A DNA stretch of 64,000 nt. It comes from Candidatus Onthovivens sp. Its GTDB lineage: Bacteria > Bacillota_I > Bacilli_A > RFN20 > CAG-826. The notes under the pieces were generated by a model. It worked only from the letters and a program-made list of their open reading frames with translations, was not told the origin of the DNA and did not search any database. The position numbers were made by a program, and so were the translations under genes. The stretch covers positions 937 to 64,936 of the forward strand of contig DBFJOT010000052.1 of assembly GCA_048405595.1 (NCBI GenBank), read 5' to 3'. Below are positions 47,750 to 56,758 of the stretch, in pieces; position 1 is the first letter of the stretch; the number at the start of each line of letters is the position of its first letter.

Positions 47750-48179
47750 TTATCGAATCTTTTTAGTCATTACAAGTTCACCGTTGATATCTAAAGATTC
47801 ATTAAAATCAAATTCAAGTAAATAATTTTCATAAACACTTAAAAACAATATATCATATTCAAATTCAATTTTGATATTTTCAATTAAAGCTAATAAAGCT
47901 TCTTTTCCATATTCATGTCCTTGATATTTTTCATCTATAAAAAATCTATCAAGCCAAAGTTCATATTGGTAACTATATTTATATAATACATACACTGCAA
48001 ATCCAATTAAAAAGTTATCTTTATAAATTCCTGCAGCATTCCAAAAAGGGAATTTAATAGATTTTTTCAATTGAATCTTTTGAACTTTCTACATAATTAA
48101 TTTGGCTACTTTTAACATGTAAGGCTTCAATTTCTTTTATATTTTTTCTGTTACATTTAATAAATTTTTATACACTCAT
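47750..48179 (-). pseudogene. GNAT acetyltransferase, disrupted
   Basis: ATG-AGT-GTA-TAA gives a stop at codon 4. Then KFIKCNRKNIKEIEALHVKSSQINYVESSKDSIEKIY, then a +1 frame change at an A6 tract into the 106-aa track ORF. That ORF carries the GNAT core FFIDEKYQGHEYGKEALLALI. Confidence 0.6.
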
Positions 48180-48305
48180 AACGTTCTTCTATTTGTCATT
48201 TAGTGTCATCGCACTGCTAATTTTTAATCAATTTAAGGAGGTTAAAATATTCCTTAGATTTGATTTTCAATTAGCATTTGACAAGTAAACTGAATTATGT
48301 GCACA

Positions 48306-48345
48306 TAAAAAGCCTGCAAATTAAGCGTTTTTACTTATAGCAGGC
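48306..48345 (-). terminator. Weak terminator after the M32 carboxypeptidase gene
   Basis: GCCTGC/GCAGGC stem with a 22-nt loop, followed by UUUUU on the minus strand. Confidence 0.4.
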
Positions 48346-48355
48346 CTTAAATTCG

Positions 48356-49870
48356 TTAAAGTTTATAAATTTCAGAATATTTTTCAACCAAGTATTCTTT
48401 AAAATCTGTTGGATCTAATTCACGAAGAGTTAAACTTTTAATCCATTCTTTAGGTGAAAGATAAGTAGCACTATCAAATACATTTTCTTTCATCCATTTA
48501 ACAATTTCTTTAATGTTATTTTCTAAAATTAATTTTTTAACATTAACTTCATTTTTCATACGATTAAAATACATTGCGTTATATGCATTACCTATAGCGT
48601 ATGTTGGGAAATATCCAAATCCACCAGTCCAATGAATATCTTGAAGAATTCCATTAGCGTCGTTATCAACTTTAACGCCTAAATATTCTTCATATTTTTT
48701 GTTCCATAATTCATTTAAATGTTCTAAAGATATATTTCCATTAACAATTTCTTTTTCAATTTCATATCTAATAATAATATGAAGTGTATATGTTAATTCA
48801 TCTGCTTCAGTTCTTATCAAACCTGGTTTTACTTCATTAACTGCTAAATAAAGTTCTTCTTCACTTACATCGTCAAATGTAGGAGCAAACATTTCTTTAA
48901 ATTTTGGATAAATAAGATGGATAAATTCTTTAGAGCGGCCGATTCTATTTTCGAAGAATCTAGAAACACTTTCGTCTTCGCCTAATGAGCGAGTGCCATC
49001 GACAAAATGTTTATAACTTTTTTCTGATACATTTTGGCCAAAAATTCCATGTCCACCTTCATGAACAACTGAATATATATTAGAAATGAAATTATCTTCA
49101 TAAACGTGGGTTGTTACTCTATGATCGTTTTGACTAATTGAAGTTGTAAATGGATGTTCACTAAATCCTAAAGCACCTCTACTTAAGTCATAGCCGATAA
49201 CATCTAATAAATATTTACCAAACTCAATTTGTTTATATTTATCAACTTTTCTTGTAGTAAAATCGGTTCTAATTTTAACATCTGAAGATTGAATCTTTTT
49301 AAGTAAAGGAACAATAGCTTCTTTTAATTCATTAAAGAAATTATCAAGAAGATCAGTTGTCATATCACCTTCATATTCTTCCATTAAATCATTAAGTTTA
49401 TTTCCTTTTGTTGGAAGTTTACTTAATTCCAATTTTAAATTTGTAGCTTCGACAATTTTTTCAAGAGTTGGTTTAAATAAAGAATAATCTTTCTTTTCTT
49501 TAGCGTTTATCCAACTTAAATATGCTTCGCTATAAATTGATGAAATCTTATTTTGGATCGCTGGAGTTATATTTTTATTTCTTAAATAGTTATCATGAAG
49601 TAATGTGATTAATCTTTTATCATATTTACATTCAATTTCGTTGAGACTTTCATATAAGTTAACGACTAAATCTTTGTATTTCTTAGAATTTGTTAATTTG
49701 AAAATTTGAGCTTGAAGTTCAATGATATCTTTACCATGCTCTTCAATTCCCTTAAAAGGAGCTTGAGTTTCTTGATCGAAATTAATAACTTCAATCATAT
49801 GAGATAATCTTTGCTTCTTAGTTAATATCTTTTTTAATTCAATTAATTCTTTTTCTATATTTTTATTCAT
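48356..49870 (-). CDS. M32 carboxypeptidase (Taq-type thermostable carboxypeptidase 1 family)
   Basis: 504 aa. HPF motif (SEHPFTT), DHRVTT, zinc motif VHEGGHGIF (HExxH), and IHWTGGFGYFPTYAIG. Confidence 0.9.
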   Translation of the reverse strand: MNKNIEKELIELKKILTKKQRLSHMIEVINFDQETQAPFKGIEEHGKDIIELQAQIFKLTNSKKYKDLVVNLYESLNEIECKYDKRLITLLHDNYLRNKNITPAIQNKISSIYSEAYLSWINAKEKKDYSLFKPTLEKIVEATNLKLELSKLPTKGNKLNDLMEEYEGDMTTDLLDNFFNELKEAIVPLLKKIQSSDVKIRTDFTTRKVDKYKQIEFGKYLLDVIGYDLSRGALGFSEHPFTTSISQNDHRVTTHVYEDNFISNIYSVVHEGGHGIFGQNVSEKSYKHFVDGTRSLGEDESVSRFFENRIGRSKEFIHLIYPKFKEMFAPTFDDVSEEELYLAVNEVKPGLIRTEADELTYTLHIIIRYEIEKEIVNGNISLEHLNELWNKKYEEYLGVKVDNDANGILQDIHWTGGFGYFPTYAIGNAYNAMYFNRMKNEVNVKKLILENNIKEIVKWMKENVFDSATYLSPKEWIKSLTLRELDPTDFKEYLVEKYSEIYKL

Positions 49871-50185
49871 TTTTCTACCTCACCTCTAGATTGTCTCATA
49901 TAACATTCGTTTATCAAAATGTAAAGATTAGAAAAGCTACACATTTTCGTTTTAAGGCCCTCTTTTATTAAAAGGTATTTAACTACCTTCAAATACTATT
50001 ATTACTAAAAGTGCCTTTATTTCGGCCTATAGAGCATCTATAGCCCCTTAAAAAACACTTGCAACCATCAAATAACGCTTCACTATAATGCAAATCTAAT
50101 GAGCAGCAAAGATTTGATTCCATCGAGCTTTTTATGATATTTATTAATTTAAATACATGTAATAATTATCATTAATTATAATTTT

Positions 50186-50296
50186 TAGTCATCAGTTTTT
50201 TTCTTTTTATTTTTAAAATATCTATAAACTATTATTCCTAAAGCACATAGTACAACTGTTAAAGAAATAATAATACCAATGAGTCTATGTTCCATT
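50186..50296 (-). CDS. Unlisted 36-aa single-TM peptide downstream of the cydC-like gene
   Basis: MEHRLIGIIISLTVVLCALGIIVYRYFKNKKKKTDD. The ATG abuts the upstream stop (TAAATG) and GAGG lies 8 nt upstream. By my count the upstream stop is 50297..50299, 1 nt off the ORF-track end. Confidence 0.45.
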
Positions 50297-51951
50297 TATC
50301 TAGCCTCATTAATTTTATATACTCGATCACAAATCGATAAAGTAGATGCTCTATGAGAAATAATTACAATAGACATTTCACCTTTATATTTTTTCAAGGC
50401 ATTTAAAACAATGCCTTCATTAATTGCATCAATGTTTGAAGTTGCTTCATCTAAAAGTAATAATTTTGGTTTTCTTAAAAATACTCTTGCTAATCCTAAA
50501 CGTTGTTTTTCTCCACTTGAGAAGTTGTCTTTTAAATCACTGATTTTAGTATCAAATCCCTTGGGTAAATTTAAAATATATTGATAAATACTAGCATTTT
50601 TAGTGGCTTCAATCACTTCATCTTTAGACGCTGATGGATTAGCAATTAATAAATTCTCTAAAATGGTTCCTCTAAATAAATAAGTCGTTTGGGAAAACAA
50701 ATTTACATTATTATAAATATTTTCAATCTTAATATCTTTAATGTTTCGCTCGTTATATAAAATTTCACCTTCACTAGGATCATAAAAACGCATCAATAAT
50801 TTTAATAAAGTAGATTTCCCACTTCCACTAGGCCCTAAAATTCCAACAATTTCATTTTTATTAACTTCTAAAGATAGATGTTTTAAAATTACTTCATCAT
50901 CGTACTTAAAAGTTATGTTTTTAACTTCTAATTTATTAAATTCAAAAGTAAGAGGATTAGCCGAATCAATGACTTGAGGCTTTTCTTCTAATAAATCAAT
51001 AACTCTATTTCCACTAGCAAAAGTCATTGCTAAGTTACCTGGCAATTGACTTAACGCTAATACACTTCCAAAAGATGAAGTTAAGGCAACAAAAGCTAAA
51101 ATTATATTAGGTGAAGCTATTAAATTTTCCTTAATCAAAACACCACCAACTCCAATTATTAACAAATTCATTAATAAAATTACAGTTGTAGTAACGTTTT
51201 TAAAGAAAGCACCTTTATTTTCAAGTTTTGTATTTAATTCAATTAAAGATTTTGACTTTTTATTCATTTCCTTAATTCGATTATTTTCATTATTGCTTGA
51301 TAAAATTTCATAGTATCCATAAATCGAGTCAAGATAAAATTCTTCAAATTTACCAAGTTCACTTCTATATTTTTTGCCATATTTATTGCTGACAAGATAA
51401 TAAATTGTCGGAACGATTACTCCTAAAATAATATAACTTAATAAAGCAATTAAAGCTAAATACCAAGAAGTCATAAATCCAATAAAAAGGAAAACTGTTG
51501 TAGATGTTAAAACCGCGATTAATAAAGGAGAAATTGTATGAGCATAAAATACTTCTAATGTTTCAATATCGCTTTGTAATAAAGAAATGATCTCGCCTTT
51601 ATTTTTAGCATCAAGTTTACTTGGAGAAAGCTCTCTTAATTTATGAAATAATTTGTTTCTTATAAGTGCTAAAAGTTTAAAGGCCATAAAGTGATTAAAA
51701 TATTGTTCTCCGTATCTTATTACACCTCTAAAAATCCCACTTATTCCAATGATTAAAAAGATCGTTAAATAAGAGCAATACACTTCAACTCCCATAAATT
51801 TTACAATAGCTAAAGCGCCAAAAATAGTTATATTCATAGCGAGAATAAACCCAAGTGTTCCAAGTAATGTAGCGAATAAAATTACGTAAATGAAAGGGCC
51901 AACAAACTTAATAAGTTCATATATTACTTTAAATACATTACGCTTTTTCAT
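50296..51951 (-). CDS. ABC exporter permease/ATPase, CydC-like
   Basis: 551 aa. Walker A GPSGSGKSTLL, signature FSSGEKQRLGLARV and Walker B LLLLDEATS. It overlaps the upstream partner by 14 nt. Confidence 0.8.
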   Translation of the reverse strand: MKKRNVFKVIYELIKFVGPFIYVILFATLLGTLGFILAMNITIFGALAIVKFMGVEVYCSYLTIFLIIGISGIFRGVIRYGEQYFNHFMAFKLLALIRNKLFHKLRELSPSKLDAKNKGEIISLLQSDIETLEVFYAHTISPLLIAVLTSTTVFLFIGFMTSWYLALIALLSYIILGVIVPTIYYLVSNKYGKKYRSELGKFEEFYLDSIYGYYEILSSNNENNRIKEMNKKSKSLIELNTKLENKGAFFKNVTTTVILLMNLLIIGVGGVLIKENLIASPNIILAFVALTSSFGSVLALSQLPGNLAMTFASGNRVIDLLEEKPQVIDSANPLTFEFNKLEVKNITFKYDDEVILKHLSLEVNKNEIVGILGPSGSGKSTLLKLLMRFYDPSEGEILYNERNIKDIKIENIYNNVNLFSQTTYLFRGTILENLLIANPSASKDEVIEATKNASIYQYILNLPKGFDTKISDLKDNFSSGEKQRLGLARVFLRKPKLLLLDEATSNIDAINEGIVLNALKKYKGEMSIVIISHRASTLSICDRVYKINEAR

Positions 51952-53635
51952 ACTTAGCCTCGCTTTCTAAATTATTTTGATAGTCATACAACCTTGCAAA
52001 TTCAACACATTTCACTTTTAAAGACTTAAAATCTCCATTTGCAATAATCTTTTTATTTCCAAGGTAATAAATATTGTTGCTATTAATTACACTTTTTAAT
52101 CTATGTGAAATAAATAAAACAATCTTAGATTTACTTAACTCGTAAATCTTGTTTAAAATAATTTCTTCGCTTTCGACATCAATATTAGATGTAGCCTCAT
52201 CGAATATATAAAAATCAAATTCTTTAGATAGATAAAATGCTAAAATTAATCTTTGTTTTTCTCCACCAGAAATATTAGATATTGTATCGTTAATCACTGA
52301 ATCTAATGATAGATTTTCTAGTCTCACTTCTTTTAAAAGCGAAAGCATTTTTTCATCACTTAAACGTGAATTATAAAACTTAAAATTTTCTCTAATTGAA
52401 GTATGAAACAAGAACGAATTATTACTCACATAGCAGACCTTTTCGTAAAAAGAATTTGATTGAATTTCATCAATATTAAGATCATCAAATAATATTTCGC
52501 CTTCATTTGCTTTAAGGATTTTTGAAGTTAATTTCGCTAGAGTGGATTTTCCACTTCCTGATACTCCAACTATACTATTAAATCCCGTTGATAATTCTAA
52601 AGAAATATCATCCAAGATTTTTTCATCTTCATAAGAAAAGCTTAAATTTTTAACCTTAATGTTTTTAATTTCTTGAATATTTTTTGTGCCATCAACATAG
52701 TCATTTTCATTTAATAATTTAATTACTTTTTTTCCAGCTGTCGCTCCATTCATTGCAACATGAAAACTACTTCCTAACCCTCTTAAAGGTAAAAAGAATT
52801 CAGCACCAACAAGAATCAAAAATAATGTTAAATAAACACTTAAGCCATTTTGCATCGCTATAAGTGATAAAATAATTCCCAATCCAGCTCCACCATAAGC
52901 AACTAAATCCATAATTGTGATTGATGCAAGTTGCATAGTTAAAACTTTCATTGTTATTTTTCTAAATTCTTCACTTTCTTCTTTCATCTTTTCTTCTTTA
53001 GCTTTATCAAAAGTGAATATTTTTAATTCTTTCATTCCATAAACGTTATCCAAAAATGAATCACCTAAAGAAGTATATTGATCCCGATATTTATTAAAAA
53101 TTCTTTTCGCCCGTTTAGAAACTAAAATTATTGAAATAGGAATTAAAGGAACTGCTGCTAAATAAATTAAAGCAACCTTGTAGTCAATAAATACAAAAAT
53201 AATAAAAAGAAGAATCGGAGCAATCATTGCATAAAAAAATGAAGGGATATATGTTGAAAAATATAATCTAAGTTGTTCTATTCCTTCAGTAGAAAGTTGA
53301 GCCATCTCTTGAATTGAAAAAGGTGTTTTCCCATGAACTTTTAAATATTTGAGATAGGTATCGTTTCTTAATTTATACGTTACATAATTTGCTAAACTAG
53401 TTGATAAAAATGATGATAATTTATATAGGACAATTCTAACAACAATTAACCCTATAGAAACACAAATTTTTACGATTGCATCAATATAATTTTGATCAAT
53501 GAAATCTTTTATCATAAAAGATAATAAGAAAGTTGTTCCTACATTAATCAACAATCCAATCACATTAAAAAAAGTAATTAAGTATAGATATTTCTTTTTT
53601 TCAGATATGTAATTCAATAATTCTTTATCTAACAT
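51938..53635 (-). CDS. ABC exporter permease/ATPase, CydD-like
   Basis: 565 aa. Walker A GVSGSGKSTLA, signature ISGGEKQRLILA and Walker B IFDEATS. Confidence 0.8.
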   Translation of the reverse strand: MLDKELLNYISEKKKYLYLITFFNVIGLLINVGTTFLLSFMIKDFIDQNYIDAIVKICVSIGLIVVRIVLYKLSSFLSTSLANYVTYKLRNDTYLKYLKVHGKTPFSIQEMAQLSTEGIEQLRLYFSTYIPSFFYAMIAPILLFIIFVFIDYKVALIYLAAVPLIPISIILVSKRAKRIFNKYRDQYTSLGDSFLDNVYGMKELKIFTFDKAKEEKMKEESEEFRKITMKVLTMQLASITIMDLVAYGGAGLGIILSLIAMQNGLSVYLTLFLILVGAEFFLPLRGLGSSFHVAMNGATAGKKVIKLLNENDYVDGTKNIQEIKNIKVKNLSFSYEDEKILDDISLELSTGFNSIVGVSGSGKSTLAKLTSKILKANEGEILFDDLNIDEIQSNSFYEKVCYVSNNSFLFHTSIRENFKFYNSRLSDEKMLSLLKEVRLENLSLDSVINDTISNISGGEKQRLILAFYLSKEFDFYIFDEATSNIDVESEEIILNKIYELSKSKIVLFISHRLKSVINSNNIYYLGNKKIIANGDFKSLKVKCVEFARLYDYQNNLESEAKYEKA

Positions 53636-54062
53636 CTTGCTCCACTTCCTTTCTCAAATTCTCCTTTAGCCTAATAAACTCTTCTTTTGTAACTGGTCTA
53701 ACCATAAAAACAAAATAAGCACATTTAAAAGTTATGATTAAAGGAAAAACTATAGTCATCGCTAAATTATTAACGAAATAAAGTGAAGTCATTAATAAAG
53801 CGGAGACAGAGGAAATCAATATCACTTCGCTTTTAACTGTCATTACTTTATTTTTTTGAAAATTTTCCAAATACTTTTTGTAGATTTTGCTATTGAGGAA
53901 CCGCTTATTAAACTTTTCACTCGATTTAACAAAACAAAAACTAGTAAGTAATAAAAAAGGTACAGTAGGTAAAATCGGAATTACTATTCCTATTATTCCT
54001 AGCCCCAAAGATATAAATCCGATAATCAACAAAATAAATCTTATAATTTTATTCTTATACAT
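53625..54062 (-). CDS. DUF454/YbaN-family inner-membrane protein
   Basis: 145 aa. LGLGIIGIVIPILPTVPFLLLTSFCFVKSSEKF is the characteristic YbaN N-terminal motif. AAGGAGAA RBS. Confidence 0.75.
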   Translation of the reverse strand: MYKNKIIRFILLIIGFISLGLGIIGIVIPILPTVPFLLLTSFCFVKSSEKFNKRFLNSKIYKKYLENFQKNKVMTVKSEVILISSVSALLMTSLYFVNNLAMTIVFPLIITFKCAYFVFMVRPVTKEEFIRLKENLRKEVEQDVR

Positions 54063-54173
54063 TCCTTTATTCTCCTTGCAGTTGTTAGTTCTAACTAACT
54101 TTATCTTATGCTTTATCGATTGCTTTTATAGCAACATAACAAATATATGGTTTAGACCATTCAATTTATAAAT

Positions 54174-54473
54174 TTATTTTGACTTACCTGAAGTAAACAG
54201 ATGCTTAAATAATAAAACCGGATGATAGAAAAGCATTCTTGGACCGCTGTATCGCATAACTTTTTTAATCTTTTCTTTATAAGCGTCTTGATAACAATGA
54301 ATCTTGCATTTCGAACAGAATGTTTTTTTATCTTGAAAAGGACACTTGTCCAATCGAAAATTTACGTATTTGATTAAATCGTTTTTTTCGTCTTCAAATT
54401 GATGTTTAAGCTTCTTGTCATAATATAGTTCAATCATCAATTTTACTATTTTTCTTTCCTTTTCAATCTTCAT
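54174..54473 (-). CDS. Nitrous-oxide-stimulated promoter family (YgbA-like) Cys-rich protein
   Basis: 99 aa. ...RLDKCPFQDKKTFCSKCKIHCYQ...IKKVMRYSGPRMLFYHP matches the YgbA_NO family pattern. Confidence 0.8.
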   Translation of the reverse strand: MKIEKERKIVKLMIELYYDKKLKHQFEDEKNDLIKYVNFRLDKCPFQDKKTFCSKCKIHCYQDAYKEKIKKVMRYSGPRMLFYHPVLLFKHLFTSGKSK

Positions 54474-54495
54474 ATCATCTCCTAAATCACGCTAG

Positions 54496-54509
54496 TTAGT
54501 CATGACTAA
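54496..54509. promoter_or_regulatory. Perfect 14-bp palindrome (candidate operator) overlapping the ygbA-like operon start site
   Basis: TTAGTCATGACTAA lies 3 nt downstream of the putative -10 and about 22 nt upstream of the ATG. Confidence 0.5.
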
Positions 54510-54512
54510 TTA

Positions 54513-54540
54513 ATTTTAAGCAATTTGAAATTTGAGTCAA
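54513..54540 (-). promoter_or_regulatory. Putative promoter of the ygbA-ybaN-ABC operon
   Basis: Minus strand: TTGACT (54540..54535), 16-nt spacer, TAAAAT (54518..54513). Confidence 0.55.
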
Positions 54541-54851
54541 CAAATATTGTAATTTTATTGACAGCATATTCTAATTAAGTATCTCAGTTAGCGAACTTAA
54601 TCATTAAAAGCATTACAAAACACGATTATTTAATTATATAAAGTGATTTTGTATTAAAACAAAGCAGTTAATGTACTTCTTTATTATTTTTTTAAAAAAG
54701 AAGGCGTCATTACTTTTTGAAGCAATTAAAGATTCATATCAAAAACTATCTATTGGCTTGGCGCATAAAATGTATTTATTAATAACAGTAATTTATCGTC
54801 TAGGTCTCATTTAAAGCTATCGGACATATTAATATTTTTAAAGTTTTTTCC

Positions 54852-54887
54852 AAAATAAAAAAGATTAATATATCAAAATATTAATCT
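54852..54887 (-). terminator. Terminator after tRNA-Glu(CUC)
   Basis: Perfect 10-bp stem AGATTAATAT/ATATTAATCT with a 6-nt loop, followed on the minus strand by UUUUUAUUUU. Confidence 0.75.
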
Positions 54888-54901
54888 ATAGTTTCAAAAT
54901 A

Positions 54902-54978
54902 TGGTACTGCGTACGGGATTCGGACCCGTGAATGACGCCTTGAGAGGGCGTTGAGTTAAGCCACTTCTCCAACGCAGC
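54902..54978 (-). tRNA. tRNA-Glu (anticodon CUC) with an atypical T-loop
   Basis: Acceptor GCTGCGT/ACGCAGT (G1.U72). The D arm is identical to that of the tRNA-Glu(UUC) at 9214. Anticodon stem ACGCC/GGCGT with loop CTCTCAA. The T arm ACGGG-TCCGAAT-CCCGT has C at position 55. ACCA end. Confidence 0.7.
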
Positions 54979-55029
54979 AGCGTTATAATAATACCAAAAA
55001 ATTCAAAAATTTAAAATATTTTTATAGTT

Positions 55030-55057
55030 AAAATGCAGCCCATATGAGCTGCATTTT
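55030..55057 (-). terminator. Hairpin directly after gltX
   Basis: 10-bp stem AAAATGCAGC/GCTGCATTTT with an 8-nt loop. Only a short U tail follows, so it may be partial or leaky. Confidence 0.5.
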
Positions 55058-55062
55058 CGTTC

Positions 55063-56727
55063 TTATAATGTATTTAAAACCAACTTAATTCTTCTTGTGA
55101 TTTCTTCTTCACCTAAAATTTTCATAATAGCGAATAAATTAGGTGTTACTTTTCTTCCAACTAATGTGACACGAAGGATTTCACAAGCATCATTTACATT
55201 TCCTACATACGCACTTGGATCTTGTTTATAAAGTTTGTTGTCGCCACAGAATCCAAATTCGCCCGAAATAGCCTTTACATTTTGGAACCATGTATTTTCA
55301 TCATTTTCTAATGCGTAGTTACCAAGATAAGAATTCAAGAATTTAGAAACGATTTCTTTAGAAATATTTTGATTAAATTCGAGTGTATTATCTTCTACTA
55401 ACTTATTAAATTCATCTTGATCAAAAAATGAAATTACAGGATAGATATCACTATATTTAGCATAATCCTTTCTAGGATTTTTCTTCTCTCTTTCGATATT
55501 TAAAATTTCTAAATATTTGGAGTAATCTTTCTCAATGAATTTTAATAATTTTTCATCATATTTTTTTGCATACTCATATGACTTAGAACCAATTTCTTCT
55601 TTAGTCATTTTGCTTAAAATCTCTTTTGAATAGAAAATTAATTTGTCGTTATCGAATAAAGCACCATCAAGTGACATTTTCTTTAAAGAGAATTTAAAAT
55701 GATTTAAATCATAATCCTTAGTTTGAACGATAAAATCTTCATAATTAGAATTAGCAATTGTCATCAAATAAACTAAAAGTGCTTTTGGTTCATAACCTTC
55801 TTTTAAGAAGAAATCAACACTAGCTTCAGGGTCTTTACGTTTTGACAATTTACGTTTATTTCCGTTATCTAATTTCATAATAACAGGTAAATGAGCATAC
55901 TTAGGAGCTTTAAATCCTAAAACTTTGAACATTTCAATATGAATCGGAAGTGAAGGTAACCATTCTTCTCCTCTAGTAACTAAATTTGTGTGCATAAAAT
56001 GATCATCGCAAATATGAGCAAAATGGTATGTAGGTAATCCATCACCTTTAAAAATAACGATATCTTGATCGTTTTCGGTTAATAATAAATCGCCTCTTAT
56101 TTCATCGTGAACTTTAATTTTATTTAGATGATTACCTCTTGATTTAAATCTAATAACAAAAGGTTTTCCTTCTTTAATATATTCAATAGCTGTTTCTGGA
56201 GCTAAATCACGATACTTAGCATATTTACCGTAAACACCAGTAATTTCTTTATTTTTAGTTTGCTCTTCTCTTAATTCGGTTAATTCAGTCTCAGTTAAGA
56301 AACAAGGATATGCGTCTCCCCTGATTAAAAGTTCTTTAATAACCGTTTCGTAAATTGTTTTTCTTTTTGATTGAACGTAAGGGCCATAAATTCCTTCTTC
56401 GCAATCGCCTAAATATCCTTCATTAGGAATAATATCAAACTCTTTTAATTGTCTTAATAAAAGTTTATCGCTACCTTCAATTTCACGTTTTGTATCTGTA
56501 TCTTCAAGTCTAGTATAAAAAATACCATTTGTATCTTTTGCAATTTTAGAAGCTACTAATGATGTAAATAAACTTCCTGTATGTAAAAATCCAGTTGGAG
56601 ATGGAGCGAAACGAGTAACCTTCATTCCTTCTTTTAATTCACGTTCAGGATATCTATTTTCCAAGTCTTCAAGTGACTCAGTAATGTGTGGAAAAATCAA
56701 ATTTGCAAGTTCTTTTCTAGTGTCCAT
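55063..56727 (-). CDS. gltX: Glutamate--tRNA ligase, long divergent form
   Basis: 554 aa. RFAPSPTGFLHTGSLFTSL (HIGH region reads HTGS), RLEDTDTKR, and KMSKS-type LSKRK. Confidence 0.8.
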   Translation of the reverse strand: MDTRKELANLIFPHITESLEDLENRYPERELKEGMKVTRFAPSPTGFLHTGSLFTSLVASKIAKDTNGIFYTRLEDTDTKREIEGSDKLLLRQLKEFDIIPNEGYLGDCEEGIYGPYVQSKRKTIYETVIKELLIRGDAYPCFLTETELTELREEQTKNKEITGVYGKYAKYRDLAPETAIEYIKEGKPFVIRFKSRGNHLNKIKVHDEIRGDLLLTENDQDIVIFKGDGLPTYHFAHICDDHFMHTNLVTRGEEWLPSLPIHIEMFKVLGFKAPKYAHLPVIMKLDNGNKRKLSKRKDPEASVDFFLKEGYEPKALLVYLMTIANSNYEDFIVQTKDYDLNHFKFSLKKMSLDGALFDNDKLIFYSKEILSKMTKEEIGSKSYEYAKKYDEKLLKFIEKDYSKYLEILNIEREKKNPRKDYAKYSDIYPVISFFDQDEFNKLVEDNTLEFNQNISKEIVSKFLNSYLGNYALENDENTWFQNVKAISGEFGFCGDNKLYKQDPSAYVGNVNDACEILRVTLVGRKVTPNLFAIMKILGEEEITRRIKLVLNTL

Positions 56728-56758
56728 AAATTTCCTCTCATTTTTTTAAAAATACCTA

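Noticed and set aside
53887-54171. 94-aa plus-strand ORF
   Set aside because: It is antisense to the YbaN-like gene and the intergenic spacer, with no RBS. The same reasoning applies to the other short antisense track ORFs: 10938, 12144, 15915, 16573, 20344, 20661, 22957, 22996, 27824, 28410, 28950, 31228, 32896, 36750, 36987, 41721, 43743, 44284, 45586, 59894 and 60508.
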